Source of the DNA: Tubulanus polymorphus
Taxonomy: Eukaryota > Animalia > Nemertea
Reading direction: 5' to 3'
Assembly (NCBI RefSeq): GCF_964204645.1
Contig: NC_134032.1
Span: forward strand, 11,272,275 to 11,336,274
Length of the DNA: 64,000 bases
The notes beneath the pieces are model-generated. The model had not been told where the DNA came from and did not search any database. It worked only from the letters and a program-made list of their open reading frames with translations. This document shows positions 63,556 to 64,000 of the stretch, piece after piece (position 1 is the first letter of the stretch; each line of letters opens with the position of its first letter). The translations under genes and the position numbers were made by a program.

Positions 63556-64000
63556 CTGAAAAAATATCGAAAATCGGAATCATAATTCTTTCATTTGGAT
63601 GAAATATTTTACAAGATTTCAAATTGTAAATAGGTTTACGGTAATAAATTCGGAGGCACAAAACCCGAAAATGGGTATTTCGGTGAAAAGTGACTTTCGA
63701 ATCAATTCAATTTCTTCCTAAATTCAGTTTATGTTACATTTTGTTCAGAGATTTGTAGGTTTTAAGGCTCTCACACCCTGTAACAATGAAGTGACATTGA
63801 AATTACGCACACCCAACAGGAATAGAACCTGTATACGTAGAAATCAAGCGCACTTAGCACTAGAAGAATAGGACTAGCCCACTTGGTTGTACAGCTTGTC
63901 CTATATACGTAACAACCCCTCTCCCTCCCTGACTCACTCCTCTCCTTTTCTACCTCTCTCCTTTCTTTCCCCTATTACATGTCTCTGGTCCTCTCACCCG

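Overview
Intron-rich, AT-rich animal genomic DNA with canonical GT-AG introns; an invertebrate, plausibly a lophotrochozoan, is my inference. Exon structures were rebuilt by hand for these genes: the 3' part of a glutaminase (+), HMMR/RHAMM (-), a 9-finger C2H2 zinc-finger gene (-), archease (+), ketohexokinase (+), MTERF3 (-), the ATP synthase inhibitor IF1 (+), the 3' part of a clavesin-like CRAL-TRIO gene (-), and two paralogous orphan secreted Pro/Thr- and Ser/Glu-rich proteins. Non-coding DNA is dense with palindromic MITEs and foldback elements, minisatellites, a SINE, and L2- and Penelope-like remnants. The main findings are: (1) IF1 has two paralogous 81-nt exons encoding the same His-rich coiled-coil segment with different histidine patterns, predicting mutually exclusive isoforms with different pH response or oligomerisation; (2) a composite repeat between convergent genes carries divergently oriented CTCF-like motifs plus tandem B-box units, resembling a mobile insulator; (3) a local tandem duplication kept the orphan secreted gene, lacks KHK and left a dead archease exon; (4) an in-frame TAG lies just after the only obvious archease ATG. 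Homology calls rest on recognising motifs from memory; no searches were run.
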